The notes under the pieces were generated by a model. The model did not search any database and was not told the origin of the DNA. It saw only the letters and a list, made by a program, of their open reading frames with translations. This document shows positions 14,511-27,628 of a DNA stretch of 64,000 nucleotides, piece by piece. The stretch is from Azolla caroliniana (Eukaryota; Plantae; Polypodiophyta), in assembly GCA_043228905.1 (NCBI GenBank), contig JBHGNT010000012.1, forward strand, positions 10,540,001 through 10,604,000. Reading direction: 5' to 3'. The number at the start of each line of letters is the position of its first letter. Position 1 is the first letter of the stretch. The position numbers and the translations under genes were made by a program.

Positions 14511-15762
14511 TCTCTTTTCCTCTCTCTTTCTCTCTCTCTCTTTCCCCTTGTCTGTTGTCTCCCTCCCTCTCTCTCTTTCTCTCTCTCTTTCCCTCTCGCT
14601 CTAAAGTTTCTAAATGGCTTAGCCGACTTAGCCGGCTTGAGCTGGTTTGGCGAGGCTCAAGCCAAGCTGAGCTGAGCTCAAACCGTTAAGGCAAGTTCAA
14701 GCCTAAACCGAGCCGAGCTGATCCGCTAAGCCGCTAAGCCATTGCCGATCCCTACTAGTACGTAGGCATATTTTTAAGAGTCAGTGTTAGTCGCTTGGTA
14801 CGAGCATTGAAGTACTTGTTTGTACTTTTGTCAGTCCTTTAAGGACTTGTATCAAAGTGCTCATTGAGCACATTGTATGTACATAGTATTGAGTTTATTT
14901 TTGAAATAGACATTGTGTGTTCTGTGCTCTCTGTCTCTCCCGCATACTCTCTATGTATCTTAAGCTTTCCATTAAACCTGTGCATTTTCTGTTGTTATCT
15001 GGCTGAACCGGTTTGTCTATGCTTCCTCACACTAACTTTCACATGGTATCAGAGTGTGAGGGTTAGAACATCCTCTGCCACCGACAGAAAGCACTAGATA
15101 GACAAAAACCTAACTTCCAATAAAGAACAAACAGAAGAAGGAAATGGACAGAGGAATGGCTAGCTCTCTTCCGACAGAGAAGCTTGATAGAAGCAACTAT
15201 GAATCTTGGTCCTACAAGATGCAGTAGTACTGAGACGGTCGCATGTTTATCCTCGATTCGAACGAGGTGAAATCGTCCATGTATGCCGAAGGTCGCAAAA
15301 CCGAGACGAGCATCGAGTTGTGGCACAAAAGAATCGTCCACATAAACCTCCAAAGGCTTCGAGCGATACAAACAAAGGGAGTCATCATCGGACTTCTGAC
15401 ATTCGAGTCAAAACGAGTCAACCAAGTATGCGAGCGTGTCAACTTGGCAAACAACATCGACTCCCATTCCCGAAGGAGGGCTTTGCAAGCAAAGGCCTTC
15501 TCAATGTCAAGGGCCAAGTAGAAAAATAAACCGGTCGGCACATTCGATGCCTACGATCGGCCAAGGGACAATCCAAGCCCACCTAAGCCTCCAAGAATTC
15601 CAAGCACGTCATGGCCAAGTACGGCCTTGGACAAAGGCAAAGGTAAGATGCCCGAATATGAAGTCGATCACCCCTATGATAGTGATTTGGATGCGTCGGT
15701 TTGCTCACTAGAAAGTGAGTTTGGTGTACCCATCATGCGGGCACCCGCAGTAAAGAAGGCGT

Positions 15763-18700
15763 TGTTGGGAAACATGTCCCTCTGGATGGGAAGAGAAGTA
15801 TTGTGTTGGTGAGTATCTTGGCTAAGGCAGATAGGCGCTCGGCCGAAACCGAAACCGAAATTGAAATTGAAATTGAAATTGAAAACTGAAATAGTTTTGG
15901 AAGACTATAATTATAAATACTCTAAAATGCCCTTGTGGGCTATACTTCTAAATAGCCAGAAAGTTGCTTTTGTTTATAAGAAACTAGGTAAAACTTTAGT
16001 AAAGTAGTTGATCATTATTGAAAAGTTAGAACAAGGTAGTTGCCTCTGTAACCGAGAGTGAGAGAGTGAGAGTGTAACTCTGTAGCTGTCTGTTAGATGA
16101 AGGAGACCTCAAGGTTGTTGCCTTCGAGTTTCGTATTTGTACTTCCTCTCTACTATAGTGATTTGTTTTCTCGGGGTTTGTGAACCCCCGTTGTTTTTCC
16201 CATTTTAGGTTTTCCACATGAAATATCGGTGTCTTTGTGTCTTCACATTTTTCTTCTGTGTATTAGCTCACGAATACGAACATGCAACCAGTTGTGGCCG
16301 GTCGATTCCTAACAAAGTGGTATCAAAGCAATGGAAGACTTGTTCGGCGGCATTTTTAAGCTAAGTGGCTCCAACTACTCAGTGTGGAAGTCGAAGATGA
16401 GAGACATGCTCGTGTGCAAAGACCTCTGGCTGCCAGTGTAGTTCGGAGATAAAAGACTAGACAAGATCGATGCAACGACTTGGGAAGTGTTGCATCTGAA
16501 GGCGGCCGCATATATATGGTGTTTTATACACATGAATCTATACAAAAACTTCGGCGAAGAAATAGAAGCCGACGTCCTATGGAAGAAGATTGACATCATG
16601 TTTGAAAACAAGAACATCGTGAACCGAGTCTCAATATTTCCAAAAATCATGAGGCTCTGGTATCAGTATGGCTCTAGTATGGCGGAGCACATCAATGCCT
16701 TCGAAGGATTTATGAACCAAACCACCTCTCTAGAAGTACCTTTTGGACAGCTGGGAGACGCTCACTGTCACTTTAGGCAACACCGGGCCAAAAGAGAAGC
16801 ATCTATCCCTAGAGTAGGTGAAGTCGAGCTTGCTGAATGAAGAAGCTCGCTGGAAGGACCGCGAGTCCAATACTGACCAGAAGGCCTTAGTCACGGAAGG
16901 TGACACGATTCGGGGAAGAGGCTGAAATCGAAGTCCCCAAAACCGAGATAAGTAGGGGACCAGGTCGAAGTCAAGGGGGAGGCCCGCGTGCTTCTATTGT
17001 GGGAAGTCGGGGCACTTCCAAAAAAACTACCAACACTTTCGAAAGGAGAAAGGGGGAGTGATGGTGTAGAGTCGAAGAAAACCTGGACATAAAGAACACC
17101 TCATAGCAATCACTGCAAGTGAGGAGGAGTTGTTGCTCATTAGTGAACAAAACAAAGTGAATCTCGCAGGCAAAGAATCAACATGGGTGGAAAATTCGGG
17201 TGCGTCATTTCACCTAACCCCTGACCGAAAGTGCTCCTCATCCTAAAGAGCCGGAGATCTCGAATCTGTAAAGATGGGAAATGAAGGAGCATGCTGAATC
17301 GTTGGCATTGGAGATGTGTGTTTGGAAACCTCAACCAGGTGCAGACTCGTGTTGAGAGATGTACGACACGTTCCAGAGGTTCAATTGAACCTAATATCAG
17401 CCGGTTGACTAGATGATGAAGGCTACACGGGTAACATCCAAAATGGCTTCATGAAGTTCTACAAGGGAAGTCTGATCATGGATCGAGCCCGGAAAACCAA
17501 CATACTATACATAATGAATGCATGAATATGCTAAAGGGAAGCAAATGTGGCAGCGACACGGTCAGTAAACTTTGGCACAAGAGGTTGTGCCATATGAGCC
17601 AAAAGTGGATGCAAAAGCTTGTCGAGGACAACCTCATTCCGGAGTGTAGAACGTGCAACTTGAGAAGTGCATTGATTTCTTGGTCAACAACTAGAATCAA
17701 ACATCCTTCCGAACGAAGCCCCCGATGAGGAAGAAAATTCCGCTGCAACTCGTGCATACGGGCGTATACTATGTGGACACGAAGTTGCATGGTGGTTCAT
17801 AGTATTTCGTGACCTTTATTGACGACTGTATCAAGTGTTATCTGTCTTCAAAGGGTTCCAAGCGAGGGCCGAGAGAGAAACCAGCTGAAAACTGAAGGCA
17901 GTCAGTCCGAGCAGACAATGGCAGAGAGTAGCGTGGACCGTTCAAGGAATATTGCCGAAATCAAGGAATCTAGCTCGAGTATACCGTGCTCAAGACGCCA
18001 GAGCTTAATGGGTTGGCCGAGAGAAGCTAAGCAAGATACCCACAACCGAAAGTGGTTGAGTGCCATGCAAGAGGAGATGGATTCCTTGCATGAGAACCAC
18101 ACATATGAACTGACCGAACTACCAAGAGGAAAGAAGACACTTCGGAATAAATGGGTATACAAGTTGAAACCGGGAGAAGGCGGGAATCCACCCAGGTACA
18201 AAGCACGAATCATCGTAAAAGGCTTTCAGCAGAAGAAGGGTGTTGATTTCGACGAAATATTTTCTCCGGTCATAAAGATAACGTCAATCCGAACCGTGTT
18301 GAGCATCGCGGCTAGCATGGATCTCGACGTCGAAAAACTGGACGTCAAGACTACCTTCCTCCATGGATATTTGGAGGAGGAGATATACATGCACTAGTCG
18401 GAAGGATTCGTGAAAAAAAGCTAAAGAAAATATGGTATGATGATTGAGGAAGAGCTTGTGCGGGTTGAAGCAAGCTCCTCGGCAATGGTACCGAAATTCA
18501 AATCCTTCATGATCGACAACCGGTACCACAAAACGTTGTCGTGATGTTTTCGACACATAGTGTGAAACCACCCTCAAAGGAGAATAAAATAGTAGTCCAA
18601 ATAAACTAATGTTGTTAAATCAACTATAGTCGTAAATGAAAGGATAAAAAGTTATAAGCGGTTTTCAAAAGTAGAGAAAAGTAGAGAAAAAGATGGGAAA

Positions 18701-21300
18701 AGAAAAGCTCGGTGTGGATATGAGGAGCAAGGTCGAGTAAAAAGCTCTTAATTTCCTCATCCAATGTCCAAATTAGAAAAGAAAATATGCATAAGAAAGC
18801 TAACATAAGGTGCTCTCTATGAATATCTTGCATGTTAGATTTGACATTACGGAACAGAAATAGTGATAAAAAGCAACTCGGCTCATATTGACAAACGTTT
18901 AGGGAAAAAAAATAAAGGAAGCAATAAATCCTAAACCTATAATAAGTCATATTTATAGTTATATGAACTTAGGGCTATTTACAAATATAGCCTCAATGGG
19001 CTTATTCAAGACATATTTACAAATCTGTCTTCTCTTTTGGTTCTCACCAGGTTCTCTTTATTCATCACTGGATCCCATCCGGAGAGACCGATTTCAGAAC
19101 AATCTCCCCCTTCACTCCGGTATGGGATGTCTTGTAAGTCCGATCCGCTTTCGACATATCCGAATCGGTAAAACCTTCCATGAGGGGTTTACCGGAGCCG
19201 AATCGGAGGCACATACTCGAAGTGCCCTTCAAGTACCAGAGTATCCATTTTACCGCATTCCAGTGCTCTTTTCAGGGGTTGGTCATGAACCGACTCACCA
19301 CTCTCCGACTGCGTATCCAATATCCGATCGAGTACACACCATTGCGTACATCAAGCTCCTGACCGCAGAGGCATATGGAATCTTCATCATATCTGCCTTC
19401 TTTGCCTTTGTCTTCGGGCTTTGCTTACTATGATAATCTGCAGTTTTCCGGGAGTGTCGATCCGACTGGTTTTGCTTCTAACATGTTAAACCATTGAAGC
19501 ACCTTTGTCACATACTTTTCCTGTGACAACCACAATTGCTTCTTCGACTGGTCCTGGATGATGTGCATCCCCAGTATCTGTCTTGTTGGACCCAAGTCTC
19601 TCATTGAGAAGGTTCGGTTAAGGGCCTTCTTCAGCATCTGTATCTTGACTTGGTCTCGTCCGACAATCAACATGTCATCCACGTACAGGAGCAATATCAG
19701 GAAATCTCCTCCATCAAATTTGTGAAGAAATTTGATGGAGGAGATTTCCTCATTCTCCTATTGTACGTGGACGACATGCTGATTGTCGAACGGGACCATA
19801 CGAAGATCTGAGTGCTAAAGAAAGCCTTGAGCAAATTGTTCTTGATGAAGGATATGGGTCCGGCAAAACAAATCCTGGGGATGCACATTGTTCGGCATTG
19901 AACAAAGAAATTGTTGTGGTTGTCACAAGAAAAATACGTGACAAAGGTGCTCTAGATATTCGGCATGGAAAGCGTGAAACCGGTCGGCTCGACACTGTCG
20001 ACAAACTGCAAGATAAGCAAAGAACAATGTCCAAAATCGAAATCTGAGGTGTCAAAAGTTCCTTATACCTCGGCGGTTGGAAGCCTGTTGTATGCAATGG
20101 TATGTACTAGGCCGGACATAGGATACGTAGCCATCGTGGTGAGCCGATACATGAGCAACCTTGGAAAAAAGCATTGGGTTGCCGTGAAGTGGATACTTCG
20201 GTACCTAAAAGGCACCTCGAACGTGTGTCTTCGTTTCGGTTTGAGTAACCCCACATTGAAAGGTTATACTGACTTGGACATGTCGACTGATGTGGATACC
20301 AGCCAATCCATGTCCGGGTACGCAAGGGGGCATGTTTCGTGGCAGTTGAGGTTGCAGAAGGTCGTGGCATTGTCGACCACGGAAGCCGAATATATGGCCG
20401 TAGTGGAAGCTGGCAAGGAAATCATATGGATGAAGGAGTTTATCAGTGAGCAGGGAATTTGGCAGGAGGAATTCCAACTCCATTGTGATAACCACAATAT
20501 CATCCACCTTGCAAAGAATGTCGCCTACCACTCGAGGACCAAACACATCTAGAGAAGATATCATTGGCTCCGAGATCGAGTAGAAGAAAAGGAGTTTGCT
20601 CTAGTGAAGATCCACACGACTGCAAATGGATCGGATATATTGACGAAGGTGTTGTCAGCTGAAAAGCTAGACATGTGCTGATAGAGGGCCGGTTTGGTGA
20701 AGTACCCCATGCCGGAGTGAAGGGGGAGTTTGTTGGGAAACATTCCCTTCGGATGGGAAGAGAAGTATCGTGTCGGTGAGTATCTCGGCTAAGGCCGATA
20801 AGCGGAGGGCGAAACCGAAATCGAAATCGAAACCAAAATTGAAAACCAAAATTGAAATCCGAAATCATTTCGGAGGACTATAATTGTAAATAATCTAAAA
20901 TGCCCTTGTCGGCTATACGTCTAAATAGCCAGAAAGTTGCTTTTGTTTATAAGCAACTAGGGAAAACTTTGGTAAAGTAGATGATCATTATTGTAAAGTT
21001 AGAACGAGGTAGTTTCCTCTGTAACCGAGAGGGAAAGAGTGAGAGTGCAACTATGTAGCAGTCTGTCAGACGAAGGAGAACTCGCGGTCGTGGCCTTCGA
21101 GTTCCGTATTTGTACTTCCCCTCTATTATAGTGATATGTTTTCTCGGGGTTTGTGGGCCCCCGTGGTTTTTCCCATTTCGGGTTTTCCACGTAAAATATT
21201 GGTGTCTCTGTGTCTTCACGTTTTTCATCTGTTTACTAGTTCTTGGTTTCTGCTCATGAATACGAACGTGCAACCGGTTGTGGTTGTTCGTTTCCTAACA
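15763..21300 (+). mobile_element. Degenerate Tork-like copia element D
   Basis: LTRs 15763-16314 and 20731-21300 (TG...CA); PBS TGGTATCAAAGC at 16318; PPT before 20731; TSD GGCGT / GGCGC; gag-pol fragments with an internal deletion and an inverted insert. Confidence 0.88.
18537..19720 (-). mobile_element. Inverted RT/PPT/LTR fragment of a B-like copia embedded in the RT of D
   Basis: Minus-strand LLYVDDMLIVGRD and LSQEKYVTKVL; PPT near 19102-19115; B-like U3 sequence 18945-19101. Confidence 0.8.
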
Positions 21301-22039
21301 GGCGCTCACATCGGCGAGCGAAAAACTTTGACCTTCTTCTAGAGAAAAGAATCCCGTCACTCGGCTCGGTTACAATGAGTATATGGCCCATCATTATGCC
21401 TTCGCGATGAAGGTAGCGGTCGAACAAGAGCCCGAGAGGGCTACAAAAGTGGCGCGTTGTCGCGTTGTTACGCGCGTGCGTGGGGAACGAGGCGGGACCA
21501 CGTGGGCCTTGGACCGAGAAATAATCGAATGAGAAGAGGGGAAGGAAACTACCGATGTACTTCACACTCGCACAGGCACACATATTCATAGGAGTTGCAA
21601 CTAACTCTGAACAATGGAGACAGAACGAATGTATATGTATATATAAATCAAGGGGTTACAACCGGCAAGCCGGCGAGTGATAGGCTCCGATGCCTGCACA
21701 CACACACAGAATGCGAGATGGAGACTCTATCGGAAGCACTCAGGCGTTCCGCGGAGTAGAGTCAGCCTCCCGAAAACCTGCATAGAATGACTATGGAGAC
21801 CCGGGGGCTTCACTATCAAAACTTGTATGATAGCACGTGAGTTCATCAAAAGGGGTTTAAATTAACCATTGAGATACAGAATATATATATGTAAGGGTAT
21901 TAATAAATACATAAAAAATATATTTACATAAGGGTGTTATCAATTATGCTATAGGAAAAAATTACATAAGCCCATGAGATATTAGATATTTCAATGAGAT
22001 AGTAAATAATATATTATGGAAACAATAGTCAATTTTGGA

Positions 22040-22570
22040 GTAGCATACATACATACATACATATACATCCATACATGCATGATGTACATATACCTACATT
22101 CAAACATTACATCCATGAATATGTATATACATGCATTACACACATTTATACATGCATATTGACTAAACATGAATATATTTACAAATATATATTAACATAT
22201 ATAAATACGTACATAAATACATATATGTAAATGCATACATGCTACATACATATTTTGTATATTACATATTACACACATATATTATTATGCACACAATTAT
22301 ATACAAATACATGTATACATACCAAACACAAAAAATATACATACATAAATAAATTACATATTATATATACACACACACATACACATACACATAAATACGT
22401 ATCGTGATATATTATATGTATTACAAATCTACATACATACAAACAAGTTATACACACACACACACACATAAATAAATTATGTACATACTGTTGTCTACAT
22501 ATCATATAATCCATTCATATTACACAATATACAAATTTACATACACATACATAGATGTATTACATATAAA

Positions 22571-22606
<36 letters not shown>

Positions 22607-23227
22607 TGTATGTATGTATGTATGTATACCCACACACACACACATAAATAAATTATGTACATACTACATATCATATATCCATTCATTTTACACAATATAC
22701 AAATTTACATACACATACATACATAGATGCATTACATATATACATACATTATTATTATATATATATATATATGTATATATATTGCATATGTACATATATT
22801 CCATGTATCACCATATATATATATAGGTTACATGGGACCATACAAACTACGATACTTAAATATTTACATACATACATGATACACACATCATATATATGAG
22901 TGCATATTACGTACATATTACAAACATACATACATACATACACATACATACATTATATATGTATATTACATACACATACATACATACATACATTACATAT
23001 GTACATACATATCACCACATACACAAACACAAACACACACATGGTCATACACACTATAATAGTACATATATACATTCACATACATACATATATTATAAAC
23101 ACACATCCAAACACATCGAATCATGTACATGGACATATGCATATATGTATGTAGATACATGCATACATACATATTCCACATATCACCATATATATACATA
23201 GGTCATACAAATTACAATACTTACAAG

Positions 23228-23258
<31 letters not shown>

Positions 23259-24520
23259 CATACATACATACACACACATTAGGTATATATATACTTACAC
23301 ATACGTTGGATATATGCATGCATATTATGTGCATATTGCAAACATACATCCATATATGAGCCATACACATACTAAACACGAAAATACCCTGAAAATATAC
23401 ATACATAAATACATTACATATTACATATATACACATACGTGCATTCGTACATGAACATACATATATTCATACATACATTGCTACAGATACATACGTACAC
23501 ATGCCTACAATGATACATTTATAAATATTACCAACTTACATCCATACATGTAGATACATGCATGCATACATACAATACGAATGTCATACATTGCTACACG
23601 TACATACGTACCACATGCCTACAATGATACATTTATAAATGTTACCAACTTACATCCATACATGTACATACATACATGCATGCATACAGACAATGCGAAT
23701 GTATATACACATACATACGTGCATGTGTGTATATATGTATGTGGTGCATGTTGTATGTTTGTGTGTATATATTGCATTGTATGCATGAATACACACACAT
23801 AACACATACACACGTGCCATACATAGAATACATACATATGCACATGTAAAGAACATACACACACACATGCCATACACACAATACATACAACACATGCAAT
23901 ACAATACAATATGTACATACACACACATACATATATACACTTGCAATACAATACATACATATGTACATCAATAGAAAATACACACACATAACACATACAT
24001 ACATAGACACATGCTATATATACAATACATAATACATACATACATATGTAGAAATATAGAACACACGCAAACACACACATAACACATACGTACATAGACA
24101 AATGCTACACATATGATACATATAATACATACATACATATGCATATATAGAAAATACACACACACAAACACACAAACATTAACACATACATACATAGACA
24201 CATACTATACATACAAATTTACAATACATATATAAGCAGATCTATAGAACACGTGTGCGCGCACACACACACACCCATATACACACACATGGTGTACGTA
24301 CAATACATACATACACACACACATGCCATATACACAATACATACATAAGCACATGCATGGAACATACACAATTATCCATATAGTAGATACATACACACAC
24401 ACATGGCATACATACAACACATGCAATATAATACATACATATGCACACACACCAAATATACATACATACATAAGGCACATGTATACATAAATACACACAC
24501 ACACACACACACACAACAAC
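22040..24520. repeat. Degenerate (TACA/CA/TA)n microsatellite array (second block about 26280-26960)
   Basis: Low-complexity CATA/TACA/CACA runs with local tandem duplications. Confidence 0.95.
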
Positions 24521-24698
24521 ATTATTTTTAAAACGTGTGGCAGAGTGACGCTAATTGTTTCAAAAAAAGGGGGGAGCGGGGATTACATTCTTGTTTTAGC
24601 AAAATATAGGGGGGGAAATGAAGAGAATTAAAGGGAGGAGAGTATACATACTTTGATGTGGGGCAAGAAAGAGGGGAGAGACAGAGACAGATTGAAGC

Positions 24699-25220
24699 CA
24701 TGGCGGAAACTCAACGGCCACAACGACTAGCTCACCTCCATTTCTTGCCCCGTCATCGATGGGTACATGATCATCTCGGCTTCTCGAGACAAGTCTCTTG
24801 TTGTGTGGTTCCTCACTTGAGAAGAAAGTTATGGCTATACGAAGAAATGCCTCACAGGTCATCGTCACTTCGTATAAGATGTTGCCATCTCTTATGATAG
24901 GAAGTGTGCTCTATCAAGGAGCTGGGATGGAGAGCTTCGTTTGTGGATCTCAACTCTGGTGCTACAACACGCTGATTCACTAGACACTCTAAAGACATTC
25001 TGAGCGTTGCCTTCTCTGCAGACAATCGACCGATTGTTTCCGTGTCGAGGGATTGATTCATCAAGCTTTGGAACATTCTCGATAAGTGCAAATATACTAT
25101 CCAATATGGAGATGCACACACCGGTTGGGTAGCATGTGTTAATTCTCACATGTTACTGCGAATCCTATCATTGTTTCTGGTTCCTGGGACAAATCTGTGA
25201 AGGTGTGGAACCTTAATAAC
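24699..25220 (+). pseudogene. RACK1: Captured RACK1 (WD40) 5' fragment
   Basis: Manual translation gives MAET...[79 protein letters not shown], with stops and frameshifts. Confidence 0.92.
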
Positions 25221-25516
25221 CTTAAATCACCCCCTAATTACAACAACAATAGGTCATAGTTGGGAGCTCCTCCAGACAAATGAATATTATGTGCAAAGCC
25301 ATCCATGCTATTGCAAGTGAGTTGATATAAAAGTTCGACATTATGGGTTGTATGTATGGTTGTTTGTTGTAATCATGTTGTGTAGTTTTTCTCCTCCTAA
25401 TGATTTTTCCATGGGTATGGTATTTTTACGTAGCAAACATTAAGAAATATGCATTTTTGTTGAAAGAATTGTCGGTTTTGGGTCAGATATTGAATAATCT
25501 TATTTATACTTGCAAG

Positions 25517-25850
25517 TTGGGAAAGTGTGGAAAAACGGAGCAGCCAAATAATTATCCAAAAGTTGTTGTCGGATGCAGGTAATAACATGCCTATTTAATG
25601 TGTTTTGTGAGCATTTTGTTTATGATTTCACTTCAAATGTTTCATTGTTTAATACAATCATAAAATGTAGTTCTTGAAGAATGTTAAATTGGGATTTTTT
25701 GTTTTGGAATGATTCTCAACACTCATAGGGGTGGCTATCGTTTGGGGCTATGCATACCTCCTTAGTAATGGGAGCCTACAAACATGCCATTAATGTTATT
25801 GCTTCCAACTACCGGATTGGTTGAGCATCATTGGTTCTTTCGTCACCTTG
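25517..25850 (+). pseudogene. Captured nucleobase-ascorbate transporter (NAT) fragment: two exons plus intron
   Basis: Exon 25671-25850 (AG...GT) reads FLKNVKLGFFVLE*FSTLIGVAIVWGYAYLL...GAYKH...ASLVLSSPW, matching the plant NAT pattern YLK...ERF...IVWAYAH.LT.SGAYKH...APW. The upstream exon of about 62 bp starts LGKC and is more degenerate. Confidence 0.75.
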
Positions 25851-27628
25851 GTAATTTGAGCCATATTGATTGTTTCTATTGTTCATTGCACAATATAACA
25901 TCATTTTTTAAGTGTGGGCAATTAGATAGAGTCATCCTTTGAAACTCAATAAATATAAGTGATATGCATGTATATCTCAATGTTATCTATTTTTGGAACA
26001 ATGATTTTATATCACCAAAAAATGTGTATCCAATATTTATCCATGACTAACACTTCCATGAAACCACACAATATGCAATGTTACATAGGCATGTCAAAGA
26101 AGATGGCATTGAAGGTGATCTTATTCTATTCTTGTTATGATATATCTTCTGTTAGATATATCGTTTTTCACTTCCATGAAACCACAATATATGCAATGTT
26201 ACATAGGCATGTCAAAGAAGATGGCATTGAAGGTGATCCTATTCTTTGAATGAAGGTGGTGTGAAGACGCACATACTCTCCACACTCACATACATGCAAA
26301 TATATATACAAACAAGCAAACATATGTACATCCATACATACAAACAAACACATTCTAAACAAAAGAAAAACAAAAAATACAAAATGAAGAACAAAATAAA
26401 TAAATACTTGTTAAAAAAAGTAAAAACAAAAATTAAACATGTTGCAAAATGATAGTATGTCAATGATGCCAATAGTGATGAGTTTTGGCATCACTACCAA
26501 CCTATTTTATTGTGACATGTATAGAATAAACATCCACATAGATCTAACATGCACATATATAGAACACATATATACACACATTTTTATATATACATACATT
26601 CATAGACACACTGAACATAGACACATAGACACATGGCATAATACAATACATAATGCAATACAATATAATACATACATACATACATACATACATAAACATG
26701 GAATACAATATAGTACATGTATACATACATACATACATAAACATGGAATACAATATAGTACATGTATACATACACATGCAATACAATACATAAACATGGA
26801 ATACAACACAATACATACATACATACATACATACACATGCAATACAACACAATACATACACACACATAACATAGCCATATAGCCATATAGCCATGCATAA
26901 AATATGCCCAACACATTCAAATAATGCAATGCATATTTATATACATTATAGAATATACATGTGTTTTTCTATGTAAGGGTATTTAAAATAGTTGTTGTCA
27001 AAATATATATTGACAATAAGGGGTATTTTTATTAACCGTTTTTTTACAAAAGGGTTCTAAAATAGTGAAAAAACATATGTATAAGGGGTTTATAAAATAT
27101 ATCTTGAACGCATGTGATACAACCTCTTTATATATAGTGGAACCCCCGGGTATGGAGACGACAGAGGAGAAGAGCTCGGTTTCAATCCGGCAGCACTTCG
27201 TCCTCCACAAAACGCGATCCCCTTTACAATACCTCTCCCTCTCTTTTATAGCCCAAGGAGGGAGGCCGTTACCACCCGATACATCATGTTCATTCCCTGT
27301 CCTTTCGGACAGGGATACGCCTTTTCGATTTTCTCCCTAATGAATGTGAGCTACCTAGGATTTCACCTCAGCCAACTTGTACCTATCTACGTACTATAAA
27401 ACAAAACTTGTGCCCACGTGTAAGGGCCGGTTTACGCATGTTATACCAGGTTTCCGCCTAGGGATGGTTTTCTCCACGACATCCGCCCCCACCTAACCGC
27501 GCATCCACCGGTATGCGCCAAAATTAGACTCTTACCGGAGAAGACCGGCCCACGCTTATCCTTCGTCTTCCGGATCGACATCCGTTCAGGTCGTTGTGGC
27601 CATCCAGATCGTTCGGGTCCGGTTCAGC

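Larger units (their letters stand above)
9923..14754. mobile_element. Non-autonomous hAT-type DNA transposon (contains a LINE insertion)
   Basis: TIRs TAGGGATCGACAACGG and CCATTGCCGATCCCTA; 8-bp TSD CTGGTACG / CTAGTACG; subterminal AAACCG and GCTAAGCC repeats; CT-rich interior. Confidence 0.9.
21800..27150. mobile_element. Non-autonomous TIR DNA element (Pack-type) carrying host gene fragments; superfamily unresolved
   Basis: TIRs CCCGGGGGCTTCACTAT and ATAGTGGAACCCCCGGG; perfect 8-bp TSD TATGGAGA (21792-21799, 27151-27158); the empty site is present in the sister LTR near 32825. Confidence 0.92.

Noticed and set aside
22269-24522. Many Cys/Val/Tyr/His-rich ORFs (also 26168-26929 and 9967-10515)
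   Set aside because: They are translations of microsatellite DNA with no coding signature.
21811-27139. CACTA element suggested by internal CACTA...TAGTG
   Set aside because: No 3-bp TSD at those positions; the 8-bp TSD lies outside the CCCGGGGG termini.
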